Shown in pieces: positions 1-8,400 of a DNA stretch of 17,880 nt. The stretch spans positions 1 to 17,880 of the IMG/VR virus record IMGVR_UViG_3300031994_000655; one strand, given 5' to 3'. Both the position numbers and the translations under genes were made by a program. The notes under the pieces were generated by a model that did not search any database, was not told the DNA's origin, and worked only from the letters and a program-made list of their open reading frames with translations. Within the stretch, counting starts at the first letter, position 1, and the number at the start of each line of letters is the position of its first letter. This DNA comes from a virus.

Positions 1-1166
1 CCATTGAAGACCTGAAAAAGACCTACACCAAGTTGGCAGAGGAGATGTCCCTGTTCGACCTGAGTTCTTACGAGAAGCAACTGGCAGAGTTTACCAAGAA
101 CGAAAACGCTGCGCTGGAGACTATCGCAAAGGCCAAGGAGAAGGGACTTATCACGGCTGAACAGTACGAGGCTGACCGTCTGAAACTCACCAAGCACTAT
201 GCCAAACTGCGTGAGGAGGCTGAGATTGCTGAGGCTAAGCGCGTTCGCGGCGTTGAACTGGAGTCGATGGATATCAACTACCAGTTGCAACAGGCCAAGT
301 TACAGCAGCAGTACGACGAGAAACTCATTTCTGAGGAAGAGTTCAACAACCGCAAGAAGGAACTTCACAGCACCTTCGTGCAGGATTACATTGACCAGAT
401 TCAGTTCATGCTGGATACTGAGAAGGACCTTACCGATGAAGAGGTTCTGGACCTCACAAACAAGATAAACGAAGCGCGCGCCAGTCTTGTAGCGCCTCCT
501 GAGGAGAAGGGTGATAGTCTTACCAAACAGATTTCTGATGCTATCAACGCCTCAGCAATGGCCCTGAATGACTTCTCTGACAACCCTGCGTGGGGTAAGG
601 TACTCCAGAACGTTGCATTGATTGCAGCCAACTGGGATACACTTCACGAACAGATGAAGAAAGGCGGTACTGAGGCATTCACTGCATACGCACAGGTTGC
701 AGCAACTGCGTTCGCGGCTATCGGTAACATGCTTAACGGACTTGCGGCTGAGATGGATACTTCCAATGAGGAAGGATTCGAAAGCCAGAAGAAGATGCAG
801 ATTGCTGGTGCTACCATGAACATGCTTTCTGGTATTGTAAGCGCTTGGGCTAGTTCAATGCAGTTAGGTCCTATTGCTGGTCCTATCTTGGGTGCTGTGT
901 TATCTGCGATGATGCTTGCTACTGGTATTGCCAACATCGTTAAGATTAAGAACACCAAGTTCGAAGGCAAGGGTCCTACTGGAGGCGCTGCGAGTCCTTC
1001 TACGGGCGCTATCAGCAACGTCATTGCACCTGTTCAGTATACTCAGGATGTACAAGGTGCTTCTATCGAGGGTGCCATCAAGGATACGAAAGTCTACGTG
1101 ACGGAAACGGACATCACAGACACCCAGAATCGCGTATCAGTAACGGAGAATGAAGCCCGTTATTGA
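1..1166 (+). CDS. 3' part of a large virion protein, tape-measure-like or internal ejection-protein-like (5' end outside window)
   Basis: The frame of ORF 33..1166 stays open back to nt 3 (..IEDLKKTYTKLAEEM..). The gene is therefore cut by the window edge and the TTG at 33 is not a real start. The N-part is charged and coiled-coil-like (EEAEIAEAKR, QQAKLQQQYDEKL). The C-part has Gly/Ala-rich hydrophobic segments (IAGATMNMLSGIVSAWASSMQLGPIAGPILGAVLSAMMLATGIANIV). Function is inferred from composition only. Confidence 0.6.
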   Translation, partial: IEDLKKTYTKLAEEMSLFDLSSYEKQLAEFTKNENAALETIAKAKEKGLITAEQYEADRLKLTKHYAKLREEAEIAEAKRVRGVELESMDINYQLQQAKLQQQYDEKLISEEEFNNRKKELHSTFVQDYIDQIQFMLDTEKDLTDEEVLDLTNKINEARASLVAPPEEKGDSLTKQISDAINASAMALNDFSDNPAWGKVLQNVALIAANWDTLHEQMKKGGTEAFTAYAQVAATAFAAIGNMLNGLAAEMDTSNEEGFESQKKMQIAGATMNMLSGIVSAWASSMQLGPIAGPILGAVLSAMMLATGIANIVKIKNTKFEGKGPTGGAASPSTGAISNVIAPVQYTQDVQGASIEGAIKDTKVYVTETDITDTQNRVSVTENEARY

Positions 1167-1209
1167 TGCGCTTCGCATTAAAACGATATTAACTGTGTAG
1201 GAAACGACG

Positions 1210-1800
1210 ATGAAAGTATTTTACATCAACATAGACGAAATGGACGGGACTGGTATCGACGCTATCTCATTAGTGGACGTACCAGCGGTTCAGCGTAATT
1301 TCCTTTGTTTCGGCGAGGAGAAGCCTGTGAAGTTAAACTTCGATGACTCCAAGCACATCATTACTGGTGTGGTTTGCCTCGCTGACACCCCGATTTACCG
1401 CTACAACGAGAAGTACGGAGAGTACTACGTTGTCTTTACCAAGGAGACCATTCAGAAGATGGTGGAGAAGTTCGCCCGCATGGACTTGTTCAAGCAGGTT
1501 AACCTCCAGCACGACGATGAGAAGTTCGTTGACGGCATCTACATGATTGAGTCTTACATCGTGAACAGCGAGAGGGGAATCGCCCCAGTGGAGTTCGCGG
1601 ACATCCCAGATGGATCTTGGGTAGCCTCTTACAAGGTGGATAACGAGGAACTCTGGAAAGAAATCGTGAACGGCAACAAATTGAACGGATTCAGCCTGCA
1701 AGGTTTGTTCAACCTTTCACCTGAGAAGTTCGAAGAGGCTGAGGCCCCAAAGGTCGAGGAGAAGAGTTACGACGAATGGTTAAGTGAAATCATACAGTAA
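1210..1800 (+). CDS. prohead protease-like protein (XkdF-like putative serine protease)
   Basis: 196-aa ATG ORF. The N-terminal segment IDAISLVDVPAVQRNF resembles the XkdF-type phage protease family as recalled. It sits directly upstream of the scaffold-like and capsid genes. Confidence 0.6.
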   Translation: MKVFYINIDEMDGTGIDAISLVDVPAVQRNFLCFGEEKPVKLNFDDSKHIITGVVCLADTPIYRYNEKYGEYYVVFTKETIQKMVEKFARMDLFKQVNLQHDDEKFVDGIYMIESYIVNSERGIAPVEFADIPDGSWVASYKVDNEELWKEIVNGNKLNGFSLQGLFNLSPEKFEEAEAPKVEEKSYDEWLSEIIQ

Positions 1801-1804
1801 AACA

Positions 1805-2320
1805 ATGAATACAAACGTTCTTAAACTTTGGAAACAGATGCTGAAACTGGCCGAGATTGAGACTGACAAGGCCGTTCTCATCGTAGACGGCGACCTGGAA
1901 GTCGGCTTGGAGGTATTTGTTCAAAAGGAAGACGGTTTTGTACCTGCTGAGGACGGTGAGTACGAGGCTGAGGACAAGGTTATCGTAGTAGCAGAAGGCA
2001 AGGTTGTTGAGATTCGCCTGAAAGAGGTTGAGGAACAGCCGAAAGCCGAGGAACCTGCTGAGGAACCTGCACCTGAGGCACCCGCAGAGCCAGTTGCACA
2101 GGCAGAGGAAGAACCCGAACCTGCATCTGAACCCGATGAAAAAGACGCAAGGATTGCTGAATTGGAAGCAGAACTTGCAGAGAAAGAAGCCAAGATTGCC
2201 GAGTTAGAGGCAGAGTTGGCAAAACAAAAAGAGGCACTTGAGATGTCAGCCGCAGAACCAGCAAAGGAGGCTGTTAAGCACGCTGAGAAGCAAGGCGCAT
2301 TGAGGTACTTCGCTAACTAA
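1805..2320 (+). CDS. scaffolding-like acidic coiled-coil protein
   Basis: The track ORF begins at a GTG (1784) inside the previous gene; the first ATG is 1805 (MNTNVLKLWKQ). The protein has a very acidic PE/PA-rich linker (EEPAEEPAPEAPAEPVAQAEEEPEPASEPDE) and a repeated IAELEAELAK coiled coil. It lies between the protease and capsid genes. Confidence 0.6.
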   Translation: MNTNVLKLWKQMLKLAEIETDKAVLIVDGDLEVGLEVFVQKEDGFVPAEDGEYEAEDKVIVVAEGKVVEIRLKEVEEQPKAEEPAEEPAPEAPAEPVAQAEEEPEPASEPDEKDARIAELEAELAEKEAKIAELEAELAKQKEALEMSAAEPAKEAVKHAEKQGALRYFAN

Positions 2321-2342
2321 AGACAAAAAACACACAAACACA

Positions 2343-3224
2343 ATGGCAATTAGCACATCTGGCTTGACAGCCTATGTAGAGGAACAACGTCTTCCTCTGA
2401 TTCGTAAGACTATTTTTGCTGCACCGTCTGTGAAGTTCTTCAATCTCCAGACTGGTATCAAACACAGTGCAGCCCTGAACATCCTTTCTACCGATGTAGA
2501 GTTCGGTGACGGCGCCGCTTGCGGTTGGAACGAGGCAGGTACTAGCGAGTTCTCGCAGCGTATCCTGGAGGTAGGTAACTTCAAGGTTAACATGTCGTTC
2601 TGTGACAAGGCGATGTTGAAGTACTGGACTGGTTATCAGGTACGTGTAGCCGCTGGTCAGAAATCGCTTCCGTTCGAGGAGGATTTCGTTAACGGCGTTA
2701 TCGACGGCGTAAAGAAAGCAATGGAACACAACATCTGGCAGGGTGTTAAGGCGCAGGACCGTATGGACGGTATCTTGACTATCCTCGCAGGTGAGAGTGA
2801 CGTAATCACTCCGAGTGTATCTAGCGCAGACACCATCTATGACAAGACCCTTGCTGCTTACAAGGCTATCCCTGCAAGCAAACTGGACAAGGCTGAAATC
2901 TTCATGGGTGTAGACGCTTTCCGCGACCTCGTTCTTGAGTTGACCGCTAAGAACCTCTATCATCACAATCCTGCCGTAGACGAAAGCCTGGAGATTATCC
3001 TTCCTGGTACTTCTACCAAGGTTCACGGTGTTGCTGGTTTGAACGCTTCTGGCGCTATCGTAGCCGCTGACCCTGAGAACATCTACTACGGTGTTGACAT
3101 GGAGGGTGACGACGAGAAGTTCGACCTCTGGTACAGCCAAGACAACCAAGAGTTCCGCCTGGCAATCAACTTCAACGCTGGTGTACAAGTAGCATTCCCT
3201 GACGAGATTGTACTTGTAGCCTAA
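2343..3224 (+). CDS. major capsid protein (HK97-fold-like by position)
   Basis: 293-aa ORF directly after the protease and scaffold genes, with an A/C-rich leader (aaaaaacacacaaacacaATG) and a GC-rich terminator hairpin behind it. Assignment is by gene order and size, not by a search. Confidence 0.7.
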   Translation: MAISTSGLTAYVEEQRLPLIRKTIFAAPSVKFFNLQTGIKHSAALNILSTDVEFGDGAACGWNEAGTSEFSQRILEVGNFKVNMSFCDKAMLKYWTGYQVRVAAGQKSLPFEEDFVNGVIDGVKKAMEHNIWQGVKAQDRMDGILTILAGESDVITPSVSSADTIYDKTLAAYKAIPASKLDKAEIFMGVDAFRDLVLELTAKNLYHHNPAVDESLEIILPGTSTKVHGVAGLNASGAIVAADPENIYYGVDMEGDDEKFDLWYSQDNQEFRLAINFNAGVQVAFPDEIVLVA

Positions 3225-3250
3225 TCTAGGCCCAGGACATCAAAGAAGAC

Positions 3251-3280
3251 GGGGCGGCGTTCCCGCGTCGCCCCTCTTAA
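3251..3280 (+). terminator. intrinsic terminator-like hairpin after the capsid gene
   Basis: GGGGCG (3251-3256) pairs with CGCCCC (3269-3274). The inner GCGT/GCGT segment pairs with G-U wobbles around loop TCCC. The hairpin is followed by TCTTAATTAAA. Confidence 0.55.
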
Positions 3281-3307
3281 TTAAACAGACAAAAACGCAA
3301 TACAACA

Positions 3308-3838
3308 ATGGCTTGTAATTCATATACATTAGGTGGATGGAATGACGCCTGCAAACAATCATCATTCGGTGGTATTAAAAGGGTGTTTATTGCGCTTATT
3401 GACGATGTAGAATCAACGTCTGTGGACAGTTCTTCTAATCTGTTGACGCCTACGATGGTGACAGGCAAGAAATTCAAGGAGTACAAACTCTTGAAGTCTA
3501 CTGGTTCTTTGACTTCTACATTGAACACTAGCGAGACATCTGCATCCTACTTCACAAACGAGGTTACCATTCAGTTTATGAAGATGGAGACTGGTAAGCG
3601 CATCGAGATTATGGCGATTATGATGAGTTCTTGCGCAGTGGTAGTTGAGGATGGTAACGGAAAACTCTGGTACCTCGGTAAAGACAACTACGTTGAATGC
3701 ACCGCTGGTTCAGCACAAACTGGTACGGCAGTTGCAGACAGCAACCACTACGAGTTGACTCTGACGGATACTTCTGCCGAACTGCCTTACGAGGTAGATG
3801 CAGACGCATTCCACGGGTTGTACGACCCAGTAGCGTAA
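3308..3838 (+). CDS. virion structural protein of unknown role (decoration, head-fibre or tail-tube-like)
   Basis: 176-aa ATG ORF with an A-rich leader and stem-loops on both sides (3251-3274 and 3863-3908). This suggests a separately dosed, abundant structural protein. No family was recognised. Confidence 0.7.
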   Translation: MACNSYTLGGWNDACKQSSFGGIKRVFIALIDDVESTSVDSSSNLLTPTMVTGKKFKEYKLLKSTGSLTSTLNTSETSASYFTNEVTIQFMKMETGKRIEIMAIMMSSCAVVVEDGNGKLWYLGKDNYVECTAGSAQTGTAVADSNHYELTLTDTSAELPYEVDADAFHGLYDPVA

Positions 3839-3862
3839 CGCATAAGACATCAAATTAGGAAT

Positions 3863-3908
3863 AAAGGGGGTTGAGAGTAACCGATAAGGCAACTCCAACC
3901 TCCTTTTT
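3863..3908 (+). terminator. possible terminator or attenuator stem-loop
   Basis: There are two alternative pairings. GGGGTTG (3867-3873) pairs with CAACTCC (3890-3896) with one G-U. AAAGGGGG (3863-3870) pairs with CCTCCTTT (3899-3906) with one G-U. A T-run lies at 3904-3908. The structure overlaps the TTG start at 3871 offered by the ORF track. Confidence 0.4.
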
Positions 3909-3936
3909 CTATCAAACAAAACATAACAACACGGCT

Positions 3937-4263
3937 ATGATATATATCAGCGAACTCAGCGGGCACATTGACATCCCGCGTCACGGTAACACTTCGTCAA
4001 CTGGTTTTACCGTTGAATTATCATCAAACCTCACAGGTGATATTACCATAGTTGAAGATGGTGAAAATGTTTCTGCATCGCCCCTGTTCTATAGACTGGC
4101 GTTGGGCGACCTTTCATCCCTGGAAACTGGCGAGTACAAGTACACATTGTACGGTGACTATGCACAGGTCTTAGAGACGGGTTTGCTTACGTTCGGAGAC
4201 TATCACAGGACGCCTGTAGTAAACAACACTTTTAACAAGCAAAAGATACAATACAATGGATAA
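3937..4263 (+). CDS. hypothetical virion protein (108 aa)
   Basis: First ATG (MIYISELSG) of ORF 3871..4263. The upstream TTG start lies inside the stem-loop, whereas the ATG has the usual A/C-rich leader. The 3' end overlaps the portal start by 8 nt (ATGGATAA). Confidence 0.55.
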   Translation: MIYISELSGHIDIPRHGNTSSTGFTVELSSNLTGDITIVEDGENVSASPLFYRLALGDLSSLETGEYKYTLYGDYAQVLETGLLTFGDYHRTPVVNNTFNKQKIQYNG

Positions 4264-5332
4264 CCTGAAATTCGGTATATTCGATTCGCCTGTCAAAGTG
4301 GTTCCGACCTTTGTTGAAAAAGAGAACTCAGGTAAACCTTATCTGAGTTACGGACAAGACAACAGATTCCCGAACTATCTCTGGGAACTCTATCTACGTT
4401 CTGCACTCTTGCAGTCTATCGTAGAGGGCACGGCGAACTACGTAGGAGGAAACGGCCTGGTGTTTGCCGAAGCGCCAACAATTCAACGCCTGAAAGAAGA
4501 GGCTAACGCCGACGGTGAGACTCTTGAAGACATCATCAAGAAGATTACCGCTGACTACCTTATCTTCGGCGGTTTCTCCCTGCAAATCATATACAACAAG
4601 TTAGGTGAAATCAATGAGATTTACTGGCTTGACTTCCGTAATGTCCGACTCAACAAAGAGGGGGACAAGGCTTACTATTCCGAGGACTGGATTAAGCACG
4701 CGAACGACTACACAGTCTACGACGTGTTTGACCCGAAGGCGGAGAAGAAGCCTAAGACCTCCGTGTACTACTTCAAAGGCCACATCTCTCGCGGCGTATA
4801 CCCGATTCCCCGTTACAACGGTGCATTGAACGCCATCGAGACGAGTACCGAAATCAGCAAGTTCCACCTGAATTCCATATTAAACAACTTCTCAGGGAAC
4901 TTCATCATCAACTTCAACAACGGCCAGCCTACCGAGGATGTACAGGAGGACATTGAACGTCGCATCAAACAGAAATTCTCTGGTGCAGACAACGCGGGCA
5001 AGTTCCTTGTATCGTTCAACGACAGCAAGGACAACGGAGTTACCGTAGAACGCATCCAGGATGACCAGTTTGACAAGAAGTATGAGAGTCTGCGTACGGA
5101 CACGTACAAAGAGGTTTTCGTAGCCTTCCGCGCGATACCTCAGTTGTTCGGCTACAGCCTTGAAGGAACGGCGTTCAACAAGCAGGAGTTTACGGAAGCG
5201 TTCGAGTTGTACAACAAGACGACCGTACAACCTATTCAAAGGGACTTGAAACGCACCTTCAACAAGATATTCGGCGTTGATGCAGCGTTTGACTTCGTTC
5301 CGTTTGAACTTTCAAAAACTGAGGAGGCATAA
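4256..5332 (+). CDS. portal protein
   Basis: 358-aa ORF with portal-like blocks as recalled from phage portal families. These are YGQDNRFPNYLWELYLRSALLQSIVEG near the N-terminus, YPIPRYNGALNAIETSTEISKFHLNSILNNF, and KQKFSGADNAGKFLVSF. Confidence 0.7.
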   Translation: MDNLKFGIFDSPVKVVPTFVEKENSGKPYLSYGQDNRFPNYLWELYLRSALLQSIVEGTANYVGGNGLVFAEAPTIQRLKEEANADGETLEDIIKKITADYLIFGGFSLQIIYNKLGEINEIYWLDFRNVRLNKEGDKAYYSEDWIKHANDYTVYDVFDPKAEKKPKTSVYYFKGHISRGVYPIPRYNGALNAIETSTEISKFHLNSILNNFSGNFIINFNNGQPTEDVQEDIERRIKQKFSGADNAGKFLVSFNDSKDNGVTVERIQDDQFDKKYESLRTDTYKEVFVAFRAIPQLFGYSLEGTAFNKQEFTEAFELYNKTTVQPIQRDLKRTFNKIFGVDAAFDFVPFELSKTEEA

Positions 5333-5334
5333 CT

Positions 5335-5847
5335 ATGGCAAAAGTATTTCTAATAAGCGCGAAGACACTCAAGGAGAACTCGGTTATCAACAACAACGTT
5401 GACGAGATGTACCTGTTGCCTGCTATCGAGTACGCACAGGACGCTGGCTTGCAGCCTCTCCTTGGAACCAAACTGTACAACAGGTTGATGGATCTGGTTG
5501 AATCCCGTCGGATACTCCAGGAAGAAGACTACAAGTTGCTACTGGATGAGTATGTTACTCCGTATCTGCTGAACAAGGTGACTGCGGATATTCAGATTCC
5601 GCTGGCCTTCAAGGTTAGGAATCAAGGGGTGGTTCAGCAGACGGGTGACAATACCTACACGCCGTCAATGCACGACCTGCAATACGTCATCCAGAACTAC
5701 GAGAACAAGGCTACGTTCTACAGCAAGCGTCTTTCTGACTATCTGTGCGCGAACAGGTCCAAATACCCTGAGTACTGCAAGATTGATTCGTCAGCAGACA
5801 TGCACTCGAATCCGAAGGCGTACAATACAGGCATTTATCTGGGATAA
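5335..5847 (+). CDS. head-tail adaptor/connector-like protein
   Basis: 170-aa ORF starting 3 nt after the portal stop. The N-terminal ISAKTLKENSVINNNVDEMYLLPAIEYAQDAGLQPLLG resembles gp6-like head-tail connector openings. Assignment is weak and rests mainly on position. Confidence 0.45.
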   Translation: MAKVFLISAKTLKENSVINNNVDEMYLLPAIEYAQDAGLQPLLGTKLYNRLMDLVESRRILQEEDYKLLLDEYVTPYLLNKVTADIQIPLAFKVRNQGVVQQTGDNTYTPSMHDLQYVIQNYENKATFYSKRLSDYLCANRSKYPEYCKIDSSADMHSNPKAYNTGIYLG

Positions 5848-5859
5848 AGGAGGTGAACC

Positions 5860-6339
5860 ATGGAATATGTAGTAGAATTTACTGAACTCATCAATGTCAT
5901 CAAGTGGGTTGCTGCACAGCAGAATCCTGTTCACTCGGTTTACGAGGGTGACGTCTATGAGAACTGGAATAGCGCTGAGGCCAAGTACGGTAGCGTCAAT
6001 GTAGGACTGCAATCCGTACAGTCGAATGACACGCTTACGACATACAGGTTCATCCTTTACTACGGAGACCGCTTGTTACAGGACAAGAGTAATGTCAATG
6101 CGATATACGCCGATGGAGTCAACGTACTCCAGACGATAGTGAACAACCTGAACAACGTTCACGGCGTGGAGGCTACCACTTCGGTTGAGTACACTCCGTT
6201 CGAACAGCAGTTCATGGACTACCTGGCTGGCGTATACGCTACTGTTGACGTTACCTGCGAGAGTGTTCTCGGTACCTGTGGAGACCTCTTGTCAACGGAT
6301 TGGCGCCTTGGTATGGCTTTACCTGCAACCCTTTCATAA
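5860..6339 (+). CDS. hypothetical virion protein
   Basis: 159-aa ATG ORF between the adaptor-like gene and the tail fibres. It is preceded by a canonical AAGGAGGTGA box (5847-5856). Confidence 0.6.
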   Translation: MEYVVEFTELINVIKWVAAQQNPVHSVYEGDVYENWNSAEAKYGSVNVGLQSVQSNDTLTTYRFILYYGDRLLQDKSNVNAIYADGVNVLQTIVNNLNNVHGVEATTSVEYTPFEQQFMDYLAGVYATVDVTCESVLGTCGDLLSTDWRLGMALPATLS

Positions 6340-6358
6340 AAACAAACACTAAACTACA

Positions 6359-8380
6359 ATGGCAAAGAAAAAACTTAGAGAGGACTACCGTGACGGCGAA
6401 CTCTACCACGGAGAAGACGTCAATGCTATCACCAAGCGTGTCAACGAACTTGATGATACCTCTGTTGATATTACCAATGTTCTGGAAGGGAAACAGGATA
6501 AACTGACCGCTGGTGCCAATATCACGATTGACGAGAACAATGTCATCAGCGCGAGGCCTCAGGACCTGAGTCAGTACGCGCTTTCGGCTGATGTGGCTAC
6601 CGAACTGGCCAAGAAGGCGGATGTAAGTGCGCTGACTGAGTACCAGGAGGCAACGAATGCGGCCATCTCTGCTAACACCAGGGACATCGAGATACTGGAC
6701 AACGGCAAGCAGGACAAACTGACTGCGGGTGAGAACATCACTATCGAGAACAACGTTATCTCGGCGCAGCAACCAGACATGAGTCCATACGCACTGAGTG
6801 CTGATGTAACAACCGAGTTGTCGAAAAAGCAGGATACTCTTACGGCTGGTTCTGGCATTTCTATCGTGAATAACGTGATAAGTGCACAGCAGCCTGACCT
6901 TAGTGAGTACGCAAAACAGTGCGATGTCATTCTGGTAGGTTCTGATATGGATGGAGACAAAATAGACTGGTCTCCTACTACAGGTATGACTACACCAGGT
7001 GTGTATCGTGCATTGCTGTACGTAGCAAACCAGTTAATCACTGACGAGATGATTGTTCAGTACTTCGGCAGTGTAGAAGAGTTCCTGACATATTGTTCAC
7101 AGAACGGCATCAAGGTAATAAGGGATGAGGCGCAATCTGGATACCTGGTTGTTGAGGCGGAAGTCGCAATGAGAATGACAGTAACCAACTACGTTGTTGG
7201 TAGTTTAGTGCAGTCATTCACTTATGACTACAGTTTTGCAAAGCACATGTATGAAAGGGTGTTCGACCAGAGTAGCAATTCGTGGTCTACCCAGTACTAC
7301 AGGTTCTTGTCAGGTAACGACTCCGATGATATAAGCAGCGCATTTAAGAGAGATGTTACATTCTCGCGTCGTAAGATAGAGGAACTCCTCGCTTCTAAAC
7401 AGAACAACCTTACTGCTGGAACGAATATCACCATCCAGAACGGGGTTATCTCGGCGCAGCAACCAGACCTCAGTCCGTACGCGTTAACGTCAGAGGTAGA
7501 AAGTGCTATTTCTCAAGTAGAAGAAAGCAAACAGGACAAACTCTCGGCAGGTACTAACATCACCATCCAGGACAACGTCATAAGTGCTACGGTACCAGAC
7601 GTTTCTGGAAAGATGAACAAGGTTGACTACGAGGTTGCCTACACGCTTCCTTCTGGTGCTATCGACCTGAGTCCGCTTAACAACGTGCTTACGCCTGGCA
7701 TCTACAACCTGAAAGTGAACTCATTCATCCCGAACACGTCTTACAACGGCGTTCTGATGGTAGGAAGACAAGGTAACTCCTTCTCGCAAGAGGTGGTTAT
7801 CTCAGGTTCCCAAACTCAGGTGCTGAAACGCGCTACCAGCAACAGTGGATCCACCTGGACAACGATGTACGCTGGCTGTCTGGCACACGTAAACGACAAC
7901 AGTGACGGGAATGGATACGGCGGTATCAACGAGACCTACTCGGCAAATAAGATTCTGACTCTCATTGACGAGAAACAGAACCAACTTACCGCTGGAACGA
8001 ACATCACTATCGTGGACGATGTCATCAGTGCACAACAGCCTGATTTAAGCCCGTACGCGCTTTCTGCTGATGTGGCAACGGAATTGTCCAAGAAGGTCGA
8101 TACAAGCGCTTACACGCAAGATAAGGCGGCAATGCAGGCCTCTATCTCGGCTAACACCACTGCTATAACTCAGTTGCAGCAGTCTAAGCAGAACAACCTT
8201 AGCGCTGGAACTGGTATACAGATTCAGAACGACGTTATCAGTCTGACTGGTTCGGGCGGTGCGATGATTGACGATACGACAACAGGTTCAACAACGGCCT
8301 GGAGTTCACAGAAGATTGTCAATGAGATGGGTATAGGCCTCATAGACCTTACCAACAGCGGCAACGCAATTCGATTCTAA
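6359..8380 (+). CDS. tail fibre protein, repeat-built with two inserted globular segments
   Basis: 673 aa. There are seven copies of a K-Q-x-x-L-[TS]-A-G-x-N-I-T-I-x-x-N-V-I-S-A unit, usually followed by QPDLSxYA. Repeat-free segments lie at about aa 190-340 and 410-525. The C-terminal motif is IDDTTTGSTTAWSSQKI. Confidence 0.8.
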   Translation: MAKKKLREDYRDGELYHGEDVNAITKRVNELDDTSVDITNVLEGKQDKLTAGANITIDENNVISARPQDLSQYALSADVATELAKKADVSALTEYQEATNAAISANTRDIEILDNGKQDKLTAGENITIENNVISAQQPDMSPYALSADVTTELSKKQDTLTAGSGISIVNNVISAQQPDLSEYAKQCDVILVGSDMDGDKIDWSPTTGMTTPGVYRALLYVANQLITDEMIVQYFGSVEEFLTYCSQNGIKVIRDEAQSGYLVVEAEVAMRMTVTNYVVGSLVQSFTYDYSFAKHMYERVFDQSSNSWSTQYYRFLSGNDSDDISSAFKRDVTFSRRKIEELLASKQNNLTAGTNITIQNGVISAQQPDLSPYALTSEVESAISQVEESKQDKLSAGTNITIQDNVISATVPDVSGKMNKVDYEVAYTLPSGAIDLSPLNNVLTPGIYNLKVNSFIPNTSYNGVLMVGRQGNSFSQEVVISGSQTQVLKRATSNSGSTWTTMYAGCLAHVNDNSDGNGYGGINETYSANKILTLIDEKQNQLTAGTNITIVDDVISAQQPDLSPYALSADVATELSKKVDTSAYTQDKAAMQASISANTTAITQLQQSKQNNLSAGTGIQIQNDVISLTGSGGAMIDDTTTGSTTAWSSQKIVNEMGIGLIDLTNSGNAIRF

Positions 8381-8400
8381 CGAAAAAACAACAATAAACA

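Noticed and set aside
2313-3188. 291-aa minus-strand ORF opposite the capsid gene, and similar antisense ORFs such as 644..1024, 6251..6772, 6571..7041 and 8418..8816
   Set aside because: These are shadow ORFs within well-supported + strand genes. They have Leu/Val/Ser/Cys-rich, low-plausibility sequences and do not fit the operon layout.
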